From a candidate division WOR-3 bacterium (GTDB taxonomy: Bacteria; Hydrothermota; Hydrothermia; LBFQ01; DSFT01), in assembly GCA_025060695.1 (NCBI GenBank), contig JANXBH010000002.1:82996-146995 (forward strand): DNA of 64,000 nucleotides, written 5' to 3'. The notes below the pieces were generated by a model. That model saw only the letters and a list, made by a program, of their open reading frames with translations. It was not told the DNA's origin and did not search any database. The first letter of the stretch is position 1, and each line of letters opens with the position of its first letter. Positions 9,597-18,756 of this stretch are shown piece by piece. Both the position numbers and the translations under genes were made by a program.

Positions 9597-10998
9597 TTTC
9601 TCCACGTTTTACTTGAAAATAACATAAAAACTTATCATCTTTATTAGGAAAATCTATTCTATAGTGAACTCCCCTACTTTCCTCTCTTCTTAAGGCAAAT
9701 TCAAATATATATTTTATAAGGTTTTCATTCTTTATTTTCTTTAGGGCTCTTTTTAAATTATCTCCATCCCTTATTATGAAACAATATCTATCCAAAAGTT
9801 CTCTTTCCTCGTGTGATACAACATAACTTTCAATATTTTCATTATAGTAAATTTCCCTTAGTTTTACTCTTTTTAACTTTTTTGAAATATCCATAGCACA
9901 TAATTTTGCCATTACCAAACACTCAAGTAAAGAATTACTTGCAAGTCTATTTGCACCATGAATCCTTGTAGAGCTTACTTCACCAATAGTATATAAATTC
10001 TTTATTTCAGTAGTCCCATCCAAATTAGACTTTATGCCACCTATGAAATAGTGTGCGGATGGTTTTATTGGAATTTTATCTTTTGTCAAGTCATATCCGT
10101 AAAATTTCAATAGGTTATATAAATAACTGTATTTTTCTAATATTAGTCCTTTATCAATGTTTCCTGCATACAAATAAACCTTATTTTGTAAAACAATAGC
10201 TCTCGAGACTTTATCTCTTGTCTCTTTCTCATCTATAAATCTTTCACCTTTTTCATTCAATAATATTGCACCATCGCCCCTTATTGCTTCACTTATTAAA
10301 ATTCTTGAATTATCTGGTGCAAAGAATACTGTAGGATGAAATTGTATAAACTCTAAGTTTTCTAAAGTCAATCCACTTTTATATGCTATAAACATTGCAT
10401 CTCCTGTTGCAGTGTAAGGATTAGTTGTTCTTAAATAAAGTCCGGACGCTCCACCTGTTGCCAAAACCACAAATTTTGAATATATTCTAAAAATTTCATT
10501 ATCTCTTTGCAGTATAACTCCATATACCCTATTATTCTTTACTATTAGACCTAAAAGCTTTGTATTTTCCAAAAAGTTTACCTCTTTTAAACTTTGAATA
10601 AGGTAATTTGTTAAATTCTTTCCTGTTTGAATACCTCCAGAATGAATTATTCTTGCGACACTATGTCCACCTTCTATAGATAAGCCAATTTCATCATTAT
10701 CCCTATCAAATGGAGCACCCTCATTTATTAGTTCTAATACCACTTCCTTCCCAACATGAACAAACTTTTTAACTCTTTCTTCATCACAAAGACCATCTCC
10801 TGCCTTAATTGTATCTCTATAGTGAAATTCCAAACTATCTTTACTGCCAATAGCAACTGCAATACCACCCTGTGCCCAATACGAATTACTTAAATTTATG
10901 CTTCCTTTACTAATTACAAGTATATTCTTTGTAAATTTTGACAATTTATAAGCACAGAATAATCCCGAAATACCAGAACCTACTATAACAACATCCAC
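9571..10998 (-). CDS. nadB: L-aspartate oxidase
   Basis: 'VVIVGSGISG', 'AQGGIAVA' and the succinate-DH/fumarate-reductase flavoprotein fold; 475 aa. Confidence 0.85.
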   Translation of the reverse strand: MDVVIVGSGISGLFCAYKLSKFTKNILVISKGSINLSNSYWAQGGIAVAIGSKDSLEFHYRDTIKAGDGLCDEERVKKFVHVGKEVVLELINEGAPFDRDNDEIGLSIEGGHSVARIIHSGGIQTGKNLTNYLIQSLKEVNFLENTKLLGLIVKNNRVYGVILQRDNEIFRIYSKFVVLATGGASGLYLRTTNPYTATGDAMFIAYKSGLTLENLEFIQFHPTVFFAPDNSRILISEAIRGDGAILLNEKGERFIDEKETRDKVSRAIVLQNKVYLYAGNIDKGLILEKYSYLYNLLKFYGYDLTKDKIPIKPSAHYFIGGIKSNLDGTTEIKNLYTIGEVSSTRIHGANRLASNSLLECLVMAKLCAMDISKKLKRVKLREIYYNENIESYVVSHEERELLDRYCFIIRDGDNLKRALKKIKNENLIKYIFEFALRREESRGVHYRIDFPNKDDKFLCYFQVKRGEITLEKKKT

Positions 10999-11008
10999 TA
11001 CGAAAATT

Positions 11009-11680
11009 TTAAAATAATCTTAATAAATCCTCGCAATTTGAATACATGGTATAATACAAGGGAATTTCTAATAACTTCTTAAAAGTCTCAAAATTATAGA
11101 CTAATGCCCTCGTATTGTATAAACTTTCAAATATAGCCCTTTTTTTATCTTCAATATCCATCTCAAAAAGCACAAGTTTTGAACCATATTTAAAGTTAAT
11201 ATAGAACATCTTCTCAATCCTTGCACTATATGCAATTTTTGAAATATCCATAATCTTAAAAGCTGGTGAAAGGTAGCAAAATTCATCTTTTATAAATAAT
11301 AAATCCTCAGCAATATAAGAATAACCAAAATCCAATGACTTTCTTAAAATTGTAGTTTTTCCACTTGAAGGAGGTCCTATAAATACAATAGCATTTTTAT
11401 TATCCTTTGATATAGCAGATGCATGTAAAATTAAGTTTTCAGTAGAATTTATAGCATAAGCATTTCTCAAAAAATAAATCAGGTTTTGATATGCATTTTC
11501 TTTATAGTTAACATATACTACTTTCCTATCCTCATGAAATCTTGAAATTCCGTTATAACCTTTAACAAACACTATTTCATCAATACTTTGTGATTTTATT
11601 TCATAAAACCTTAAAAAAGAATTAGTTAAATCAAAATAGGAGCAAATTTTTATATTCTTTGAAAATAGTCTAACTTTCAA
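11009..11680 (-). CDS. HPr-kinase C-terminal-domain-like P-loop protein (standalone)
   Basis: 'LHASAISKDNKNAIVFIGPPSSGKTT' resembles the HprK P-loop region; there is no N-terminal HprK domain. Confidence 0.45.
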   Translation of the reverse strand: MKVRLFSKNIKICSYFDLTNSFLRFYEIKSQSIDEIVFVKGYNGISRFHEDRKVVYVNYKENAYQNLIYFLRNAYAINSTENLILHASAISKDNKNAIVFIGPPSSGKTTILRKSLDFGYSYIAEDLLFIKDEFCYLSPAFKIMDISKIAYSARIEKMFYINFKYGSKLVLFEMDIEDKKRAIFESLYNTRALVYNFETFKKLLEIPLYYTMYSNCEDLLRLF

Positions 11681-11785
11681 TCTTTTAAAATAATAGTGCT
11701 AAATTTTAAAGTATTTTCTAAATCTTCTTGTTAGTTAAAACTCAATACTTTATAATTTTCGGAAATCCTAACAGGAGGTCGCTGT

Positions 11786-12682
11786 ATGAAAGGTAAGGAC
11801 TTAAAACTACTCATAAAAATTCACAATTTAAAAAACTCAAAGTCAGTAGTCCTAAAACTTACAACACTCTCAATTAGTATAATGTTTGGTTTCTTTTCAA
11901 TCTTAATATTTTTATTAGTTTTTACGATTTTTACTTCATTTAAATTTGCATTTCTCTACTTAGAAAATATAACTTTAAAAAGGCAAAATCAAAGCCTAAG
12001 AAAATACATATCTCAAATAGAAGAAGAAATAAATATAGTAAAAAATAAACTAAAGGACATTTTTGAACTATCCAACAACTTTAGAATTATAGCAGGCATA
12101 AATCCTATACCACAGGATATAAAGTACTTTGGTATAGGCGGATATATTCAAACCAACGATAGCATAAGTAATTTAAAGTTTGAAATAAATAATATAAAAA
12201 GACTATTAGAACTTGAGATGAAAAATATTAAGGAAGTTGAAAGTATTCTAATTAAAAAGAGAGATGAGCTTTCAAGAATACCAAGTATTCTTCCAGCAAG
12301 AGGTATAATAGTTTCAAATTTTGGATATAGAAATGACCCATTTACAGGTGAGTGGAAAATGCATGAAGGTATTGATATATCTGCACCAATTGGAACACCT
12401 GTGTATGCAAGTGCGGATGGAACTGTGATTTTTGCTGGATATAAGGAAGGTTATGGACTTTGTATTGATATTTCACATGGAAATGGTATTATAACAAGGT
12501 ATGCTCATCTTTCAAGAATACTTGTAAGTGTAGGACAAAAAGTAAAAAGAAGTGAAATTATAGGTAAAGTGGGCTCAACTGGTCGTTCTACTGGCTCACA
12601 CTTACATTACGAAATAATAGTCAATGGAACTCCAAAAAATCCTTTAAATTACATAATACTATCGGATGTAGTATATGATTAG
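11786..12682 (+). CDS. M23 family metallopeptidase
   Basis: 'HEGIDISAPIGTPVYA...GSHLHYE'; N-terminal TM and coiled coil; strong SD (AGGAGGT). Confidence 0.8.
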   Translation: MKGKDLKLLIKIHNLKNSKSVVLKLTTLSISIMFGFFSILIFLLVFTIFTSFKFAFLYLENITLKRQNQSLRKYISQIEEEINIVKNKLKDIFELSNNFRIIAGINPIPQDIKYFGIGGYIQTNDSISNLKFEINNIKRLLELEMKNIKEVESILIKKRDELSRIPSILPARGIIVSNFGYRNDPFTGEWKMHEGIDISAPIGTPVYASADGTVIFAGYKEGYGLCIDISHGNGIITRYAHLSRILVSVGQKVKRSEIIGKVGSTGRSTGSHLHYEIIVNGTPKNPLNYIILSDVVYD

Positions 12683-14096
12683 CTTTATATTTCTTCTTTT
12701 AGAGGAAAACATAAAAAAACATGTATATTTTCTATCAAACGATTACTTAGAAGGAAGGCTTTGTGGTTATAATCAGAAGGCAAGAGACTACATTGAATTT
12801 CATCTAAAAAGATATGGTTATGAAGTAATTAAACAGGAATTTGAAGTAGAGGGGAAAATTAAAATAGATAGTTTTCAAACAAATTTAAGAATTCCAATAA
12901 AACCACTATATTTTACGAGTAGTGGATATGTAAAATCTGAAGAATTTTCCATTATTGATGGTGATAGCTTTGATAATATAGGTTTAATTCATAAGACTAT
13001 TGAAGAAAAAAATAAAAACAAAAAAGGTGTAATATTTTTACTATCCCATCCTATTTCAAAAAGCTACTTTGATAAGAACTTAGGAATAGTCGCCTTACAG
13101 CTTCCAAAAGAATATAAGGATAGTTTAAAAAATAAGAATTTCTTTGTATATCTAAAAGTTTCAAGAGAGAAAGTAAAGGGAGAGAATATATTTGCCGTTA
13201 AAAAGGGAAAAAGTTTAAAATATATAATAGTTGGTGCACATTATGACCATCTTGGATATGGAGATGTAAGTAGTTTAGATACTATATATGATATTCATAA
13301 CGGTGCGGACGACAATGCAAGTGGTGTTGCAGGGGTATTAGAGCTTGCCAATTACTATAAAAACAGGGATGTTAGCGATAATATAGTATTTGCATTTTGG
13401 GACTGTGAAGAAGTTGGGACAATTGGTTCAGAATACTATATTAAAAATCCAATATTTCCACTTGAAAATACAAAAATTTATATAAATTTTGATATGATTG
13501 GCAGATTAAAAGATAGTTCACTTTTAATTATAGGCTCAAAAACTGCTGTTGAAATTGAAGATATATTAAATAGAAGAAATAAACTCTTTAAATTAAAACT
13601 TTCCAATAGTGGTATAGGTTTTAGCGACCAAAATGCATTTTACAATGCTAAAATACCTGTTTTACACTTCTTTACAAATGTCCATCAAGAATATCATAGG
13701 ACAACTGATGATGCGGAACTTATAAATTATGAGGGACAAAAACAGATTTTACTTTATGCTATTGATGTAATAGATGAAATATTGAAGACTGAAACTTTAA
13801 CCTTTAATAAAGTTGAAGAGGAAAAACCTGCAAGAATTTCAAGAGGCGTTAGGCTTGGTATTATTCCAGATTATACTTATGAAGGAGAAGGAGTAAGAAT
13901 TTCAGGTGTTTTAAAGAATACACCTGCACAAAATATAGGTTTAACTCAAGGAGATATTATTTTAAAAATAGGAAAATATGAAACTAAGAATATATATGAA
14001 TTAACATATGCACTCTCAAAGTTTAAAAAATCACAAAGAACAACGATACTTTATAAAAGGGACAATAAAGTAATGAAATCTAATATTAAGTTCTAA
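12675..14096 (+). CDS. M28 family peptidase with C-terminal PDZ domain
   Basis: 'GAHYDHLG', 'GADDNASG' and 'FWDCEEVG' (M28); C-terminal 'GVRISGV...GDIIL' PDZ. Confidence 0.7.
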   Translation: MISFIFLLLEENIKKHVYFLSNDYLEGRLCGYNQKARDYIEFHLKRYGYEVIKQEFEVEGKIKIDSFQTNLRIPIKPLYFTSSGYVKSEEFSIIDGDSFDNIGLIHKTIEEKNKNKKGVIFLLSHPISKSYFDKNLGIVALQLPKEYKDSLKNKNFFVYLKVSREKVKGENIFAVKKGKSLKYIIVGAHYDHLGYGDVSSLDTIYDIHNGADDNASGVAGVLELANYYKNRDVSDNIVFAFWDCEEVGTIGSEYYIKNPIFPLENTKIYINFDMIGRLKDSSLLIIGSKTAVEIEDILNRRNKLFKLKLSNSGIGFSDQNAFYNAKIPVLHFFTNVHQEYHRTTDDAELINYEGQKQILLYAIDVIDEILKTETLTFNKVEEEKPARISRGVRLGIIPDYTYEGEGVRISGVLKNTPAQNIGLTQGDIILKIGKYETKNIYELTYALSKFKKSQRTTILYKRDNKVMKSNIKF

Positions 14097-14098
14097 AG

Positions 14099-14800
14099 AT
14101 GAAGAATATCGTATTCCTACATGCATTTCCATTAAATTCTAAAATGTGGAAGTATCAAGTTAGTAAATTTAAAACATATAATTGTTATGCAGTTGATTAT
14201 CAGAATTTAAGTATTAATACCTTAAAGGATATTTCTGACTTTGTTTACTCTTTTTGTAAAGAAAGTAGTATAGAAAAAGCAATATTCGTTGGTTTGAGTA
14301 TGGGTGGTTATGTAATATTTGAGATATTTAGGCATTACAAACAAATTGCTGAAGCTATTGTTCTTTGTAATACCAAAGCAACTTCTGATAGTGCTGAAAT
14401 GAGAGAGAAAAGACATAAAATTATTGAAAGAATAAAGAATGAAGGTACTTCATTTTTAGCAGATGAATATATAGCAAAGTTTTTAGAAAATAGAAACTTA
14501 GAAAACGAAAAATTTATTAGAGATATGATAAATGAGGCAAAGGCAGAAAATCTAATATCTATTCAATTGGCACTATCTAATAGAAGCGATAATGTAGATT
14601 TATTGGATAAAATTGATATTCCCACACTCATTATAGCATCAGAAAAGGATGAAATTTCTACTATAGAAGATGCAAAACTTATGAACGAAAAAATAAAAAA
14701 CTCAAAACTTGTAATTCTTAAAAATTGCAAGCATATAAGTAATATAGATTGTAAGGATGAATTTAATAGAACTTTAGATGAATTTCTAAAAAGTCTATAG
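14099..14800 (+). CDS. alpha/beta hydrolase
   Basis: nucleophile elbow 'GLSMGG'. Confidence 0.6.
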   Translation: MKNIVFLHAFPLNSKMWKYQVSKFKTYNCYAVDYQNLSINTLKDISDFVYSFCKESSIEKAIFVGLSMGGYVIFEIFRHYKQIAEAIVLCNTKATSDSAEMREKRHKIIERIKNEGTSFLADEYIAKFLENRNLENEKFIRDMINEAKAENLISIQLALSNRSDNVDLLDKIDIPTLIIASEKDEISTIEDAKLMNEKIKNSKLVILKNCKHISNIDCKDEFNRTLDEFLKSL

Positions 14801-15571
14801 TTACATCCCTGTTTCTTTAAGTGCTACACTACATGGACAGTTTCTTTGAGTTGGAATTTTTTCAATTGCATTAAATAATATTTTTTTTACTTTTTCCAAG
14901 TTTCTATTCATATTCTCAATTACTTCAGTAGTTGTTAATTTTTTCTCCTTAATACCTGCTGCATAGTTAGTAACTACATTTATACCCGCATAACATATTT
15001 CTAATTCTCTACTTAAAATTGCTTCACTTACTAATGTCATACCAACTACATCAGCACCAAGAATTTTTAGCATTCTTATTTCAGCTGGTGTTTCAAGCCT
15101 TGGACCTTGCATTTGCGCGTAAACTCCAAATTCGTAAATCTCAATATTTAAATTCTTAGAACTTTCTAAAATCGCTTCCCTTAATATTGGACAAAATGGT
15201 TCAGAAACATCTATATGAACAACTTTATCATTATAGAATGTATTTATTCTTCCACTTAAATCAATAAAATCTGATGTTAAAACTAAGTCTCCGGGTTTTT
15301 TGGTTATTCCACCAACTGCGGAAATACCAATAATTCTTTCAATATCTAATAATTTAAATCCATATATATTAGCTTTATAGTTAACTTCATGTGGTAAAAA
15401 TGAGTGTTTTCTTCCATGTCTTGGCAGGAAGTATATTTCAAAATTTTTATATCTTGCATGTAGATAACTATCAGATGGACTTCCATATGGAGTAATTAAA
15501 TTGATTTCTTCAATAATCTCAATGTTTTCTATTTTATAAAGACCACTTCCTCCAATTATTCCTATTTTCAT
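14801..15571 (-). CDS. mtnP: S-methyl-5'-thioadenosine phosphorylase
   Basis: 'IGIIGGSGLY' and the PNP/MTAP fold; 256 aa. Confidence 0.8.
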   Translation of the reverse strand: MKIGIIGGSGLYKIENIEIIEEINLITPYGSPSDSYLHARYKNFEIYFLPRHGRKHSFLPHEVNYKANIYGFKLLDIERIIGISAVGGITKKPGDLVLTSDFIDLSGRINTFYNDKVVHIDVSEPFCPILREAILESSKNLNIEIYEFGVYAQMQGPRLETPAEIRMLKILGADVVGMTLVSEAILSRELEICYAGINVVTNYAAGIKEKKLTTTEVIENMNRNLEKVKKILFNAIEKIPTQRNCPCSVALKETGM

Positions 15572-15954
15572 AGTTCTAATTTTCTTTTTAGTTCCTCTTT
15601 ATCCATGAAAACTTGAATTTGATAGCCTTCAGCTATTTTTTTCCCATCTTCATTATATCCTTCTATATCACATATAAATTTATTTCCTTCAACGCTTCTT
15701 AAAATTGCTATAATTTTTACTTTCTTTCCGATTTTTGTGGGTGCTAAGTGTTTAACAAAAATGCTATAGCCTATACCTTCCTCATTTTCTTTTAAGTACT
15801 TTTCAAGCAGTCTTCTTGATGCAAGCTCTGCATGATATACTAAACTCCACGTTGAATATAAATTATGAATAAGTTTTCCTTCGAATTTCGCTTGCATACT
15901 TTCATCAGTTATAACTTCAATTTCATAAGTATCTCCTATTTTATAGTCTTTCAT
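15568..15954 (-). CDS. hotdog-fold thioesterase-like protein
   Basis: size and pattern match a hotdog fold; overlaps neighbours on both sides. Confidence 0.4.
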   Translation of the reverse strand: MKDYKIGDTYEIEVITDESMQAKFEGKLIHNLYSTWSLVYHAELASRRLLEKYLKENEEGIGYSIFVKHLAPTKIGKKVKIIAILRSVEGNKFICDIEGYNEDGKKIAEGYQIQVFMDKEELKRKLEL

Positions 15955-16373
15955 TTTCTTCTTGCAGGTGGTTTTTCCTCGTGGTTCACCAACCAGTCTC
16001 CACTCCTATAGGGTTCATACTCCATGTGCATTGGAAAGTCCTTTCTTAATGGATGACCTTCGTAATCTTCAGGAAGTAGTATTCTTCTTAGGTCTGGGTG
16101 GTCTTGAAATACTATTCCAAACAGGTCATAAACTTCTCTCTCTTGCCAATTTGCTCCATAGAATATATCACTAATTGTAGGTATTTTGGGATTGTCTTTT
16201 GAAACTATGCATTTTATAAACTCTTCAGTATTTTCATTTAAGTTTCTAAAGAGATATATAACTTCAAAATTTTCATTTTTATCCACCGCGGTAATAAATG
16301 AAAGATAGTCAAAACCTTTTTCTTTTAAACTAATAACCTCTTGTCTTATATCCTCCTTTTGCACAACTTTCAT
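15951..16373 (-). CDS. nuoC: NADH-quinone oxidoreductase subunit C (30 kDa / Nqo5) homolog, orphan
   Basis: 'ANWQEREVYDLFGIVFQDHPDLRRILLPEDYEGHPLRKDFP' is the NuoC signature; no other nuo genes adjacent. Confidence 0.7.
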   Translation of the reverse strand: MKVVQKEDIRQEVISLKEKGFDYLSFITAVDKNENFEVIYLFRNLNENTEEFIKCIVSKDNPKIPTISDIFYGANWQEREVYDLFGIVFQDHPDLRRILLPEDYEGHPLRKDFPMHMEYEPYRSGDWLVNHEEKPPARRK

Positions 16374-16378
16374 AGTAC

Positions 16379-17272
16379 TTAAAGTTTAAAGTTATTCCTA
16401 ATATAATTTTTAAAAATTTGTATATCTTCACTAATTACTCTTATACTTCCTGTCTTATGCCTAAATATAAGAGTAAAATTTTTAGCTAAGACATCATCAG
16501 CGAAGTCCATGGCAACTTGCATATTCTTCGAGTTTGAATTTACTATGATTGAAGTGTTTTCCTCATTCATGCTATTTCTTTCTATAAGTATATCTATATC
16601 TTCTTTTTCTTCAAAAAATCTTGAGTGAAATGTTGAAAGACTTTGATTACTAATTGTGATTTTCAAAGTTTTTCCTTTATAGTCTAAGTTTAAATATTCT
16701 ATATTTTTAAGCTTTTCCTCATATATCTTTTCTTCTTCTTCTATTTCCTCTTGTGCTTTCTGGGTTAAACCCTTTGCCATTAATTCCTCATATAATCTTT
16801 CCACAAATTTAGAATAATCCAAATCTTGTGATAGTAAATTCAATATAATCCTTCCAATTTCTTCATTTGGTTCAATTCTCAATATAGTCTTTATTCTCTT
16901 TACGAGTAAACTATCCTTTTTTACTAAACCTTCAGATTCTGCCCTTGGAAAACCAAACCTATCTATAATATCTATTGCATGAAGTGCACTATTATTGATG
17001 TTAATTTCTGGAAAAAATTTTTTTAACACTAAAATAATACTGGAATTTATGTTTAAGTCTTGATGATGGTCAAAATTATTTAAATTAGGGTCATAAGAAT
17101 TCCCAACATCTATGAGTATAATTCCACTGTCGTTTAGATATTCTGATGGAACATTTTGAGGATAAATATATTCTATAGTTGCATCTGGATATAAATACTT
17201 TAAAATAGAAATTGCTAAGAAGTCATCTAAATGACGAGGTGGTAAATGACTAACTATTTTCTTTACTACCAT
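16379..17272 (-). CDS. MYG1/UPF0160 family metal-dependent hydrolase
   Basis: 'DVGNSYDPNLNNFDHHQ' motif. Confidence 0.55.
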   Translation of the reverse strand: MVVKKIVSHLPPRHLDDFLAISILKYLYPDATIEYIYPQNVPSEYLNDSGIILIDVGNSYDPNLNNFDHHQDLNINSSIILVLKKFFPEININNSALHAIDIIDRFGFPRAESEGLVKKDSLLVKRIKTILRIEPNEEIGRIILNLLSQDLDYSKFVERLYEELMAKGLTQKAQEEIEEEEKIYEEKLKNIEYLNLDYKGKTLKITISNQSLSTFHSRFFEEKEDIDILIERNSMNEENTSIIVNSNSKNMQVAMDFADDVLAKNFTLIFRHKTGSIRVISEDIQIFKNYIRNNFKL

Positions 17273-18756
17273 TATAGGAATTTTGTAATTATTTTTAAAT
17301 AATTTTCATATCTCTCTTTGTTTATTTTCCCCATGGAAACCGCTTCTACTATTGAGCATCCCTCTTCCTTGATATGAAAACAATCTCTAAATGCACACTT
17401 GTATTTACTAAACTCCCTAAAGCAATTTCTAACATCCTCCTTTTTCATGATTTCATTTAGTTCTATCTTTGAAAATCCCGGAGTATCTGCTATAAATGTT
17501 TCATTATCAATAGAATATAGTTTTACTTCAGTAGTAGTTTGGGTTCCTCTTTTTAACCTTTTGCTAACTTCACCTATTCTTATATCTACGTTAGCTAAAG
17601 CTTTAATTAGTGAACTCTTACCTACACCACTCGGTCCAGCTAACACTACCAAGTCCCCCCTTATTCTATTTAAAAGTATATCCAAGTTCATATTTTCTTT
17701 TACACTAACCGTAATCACTTCATACCCAGCATCTTTATAAATACTTACATATCTTTCTAATTCTTCATTTGGTGTAATATCTACTTTATTGAAAACTATT
17801 ATACTTGGAATATTTAAAAATTCACACGCACAAAGAATTTTATCTAACTGAATTTGAACAATTTCAGGTTCTCGTATTGTAAACATTAAAATACACTTAG
17901 ATACATTTGCAATAGGTGGTCTTGGTAATAAATTTGTCCTTTCTTTTATTTTTTCAATTACAAAAAACTCACCTTCTCTTTTCCCAACAACTATATCTCC
18001 TACATATATTTTTCTTTCAGATTTTAATAATTTTCCTCTTGGAATAGCCCTAAAGACCTTGCCTTTTGAGATTACACTTAATTTTTGACCCTCTCTTGAA
18101 ATAACAGTTCCTATACATAAGTTCTTTCTAATAATATCAAGTATTTCTTCAATAACTTCATCCTCCCTTAAATTAGTTGTGTCTATTATAAATGCATCAC
18201 GTGAAGGTCTAAGCGGTGATATTTCTCTATTTAAATCTGAAATATCTCTATTTTTTAGAATTTCCAGAATATCCTCATATGATACATTACTTTTATTTAA
18301 CTGCTTATATCTTCTCATTGCCCTTTCTTCTAATTTTGCGGTTATGTAGAACTTATAATCTGCATCTTTCAAAACAACTGTCCCAATATCCCTTCCCTCT
18401 ACTATTGCTCCATCTTTTGAAAGTTCACGTTGAATGTCAATTAAAAAATCTCTAACTTGCTTAAATTTAGAAATTTCAGATGCAAGATTTCCTACTTTTT
18501 CATCCTTAATATTATCAGTTATATCTTCTCCATTCAAGAATGTTCTTGCAGTTTTATTTATAAATTTTTGTTCTATCTTTAGATTTTTTAAAAATTCAAA
18601 ATTATTATAGTTTTGCATCTTATTCTGGATTATATAGTATGCAATCGCTCTGTATAAAGCCCCGGTTTCTACATACTTTATATTTAGAATCTCACTTAGT
18701 TTTTTTGCAATAGAACTTTTTCCCGAACCTGCTGGACCATCAATGGCAATAATCAT
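17272..18756 (-). CDS. cmk-rsgA: fused cytidylate kinase (N-terminal) and ribosome small-subunit-dependent GTPase RsgA (C-terminal)
   Basis: N-terminus 'IAIDGPAGSGKSS' (Cmk, about 210 aa). C-terminus has an OB domain, then permuted GTPase motifs 'VFNKVD', 'GPSGVGKSS' and 'DTPGF', and a Zn finger 'CAFRDCFHIKEEGC' (RsgA). One uninterrupted 494-aa ORF. Confidence 0.8.
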   Translation of the reverse strand: MIIAIDGPAGSGKSSIAKKLSEILNIKYVETGALYRAIAYYIIQNKMQNYNNFEFLKNLKIEQKFINKTARTFLNGEDITDNIKDEKVGNLASEISKFKQVRDFLIDIQRELSKDGAIVEGRDIGTVVLKDADYKFYITAKLEERAMRRYKQLNKSNVSYEDILEILKNRDISDLNREISPLRPSRDAFIIDTTNLREDEVIEEILDIIRKNLCIGTVISREGQKLSVISKGKVFRAIPRGKLLKSERKIYVGDIVVGKREGEFFVIEKIKERTNLLPRPPIANVSKCILMFTIREPEIVQIQLDKILCACEFLNIPSIIVFNKVDITPNEELERYVSIYKDAGYEVITVSVKENMNLDILLNRIRGDLVVLAGPSGVGKSSLIKALANVDIRIGEVSKRLKRGTQTTTEVKLYSIDNETFIADTPGFSKIELNEIMKKEDVRNCFREFSKYKCAFRDCFHIKEEGCSIVEAVSMGKINKERYENYLKIITKFL

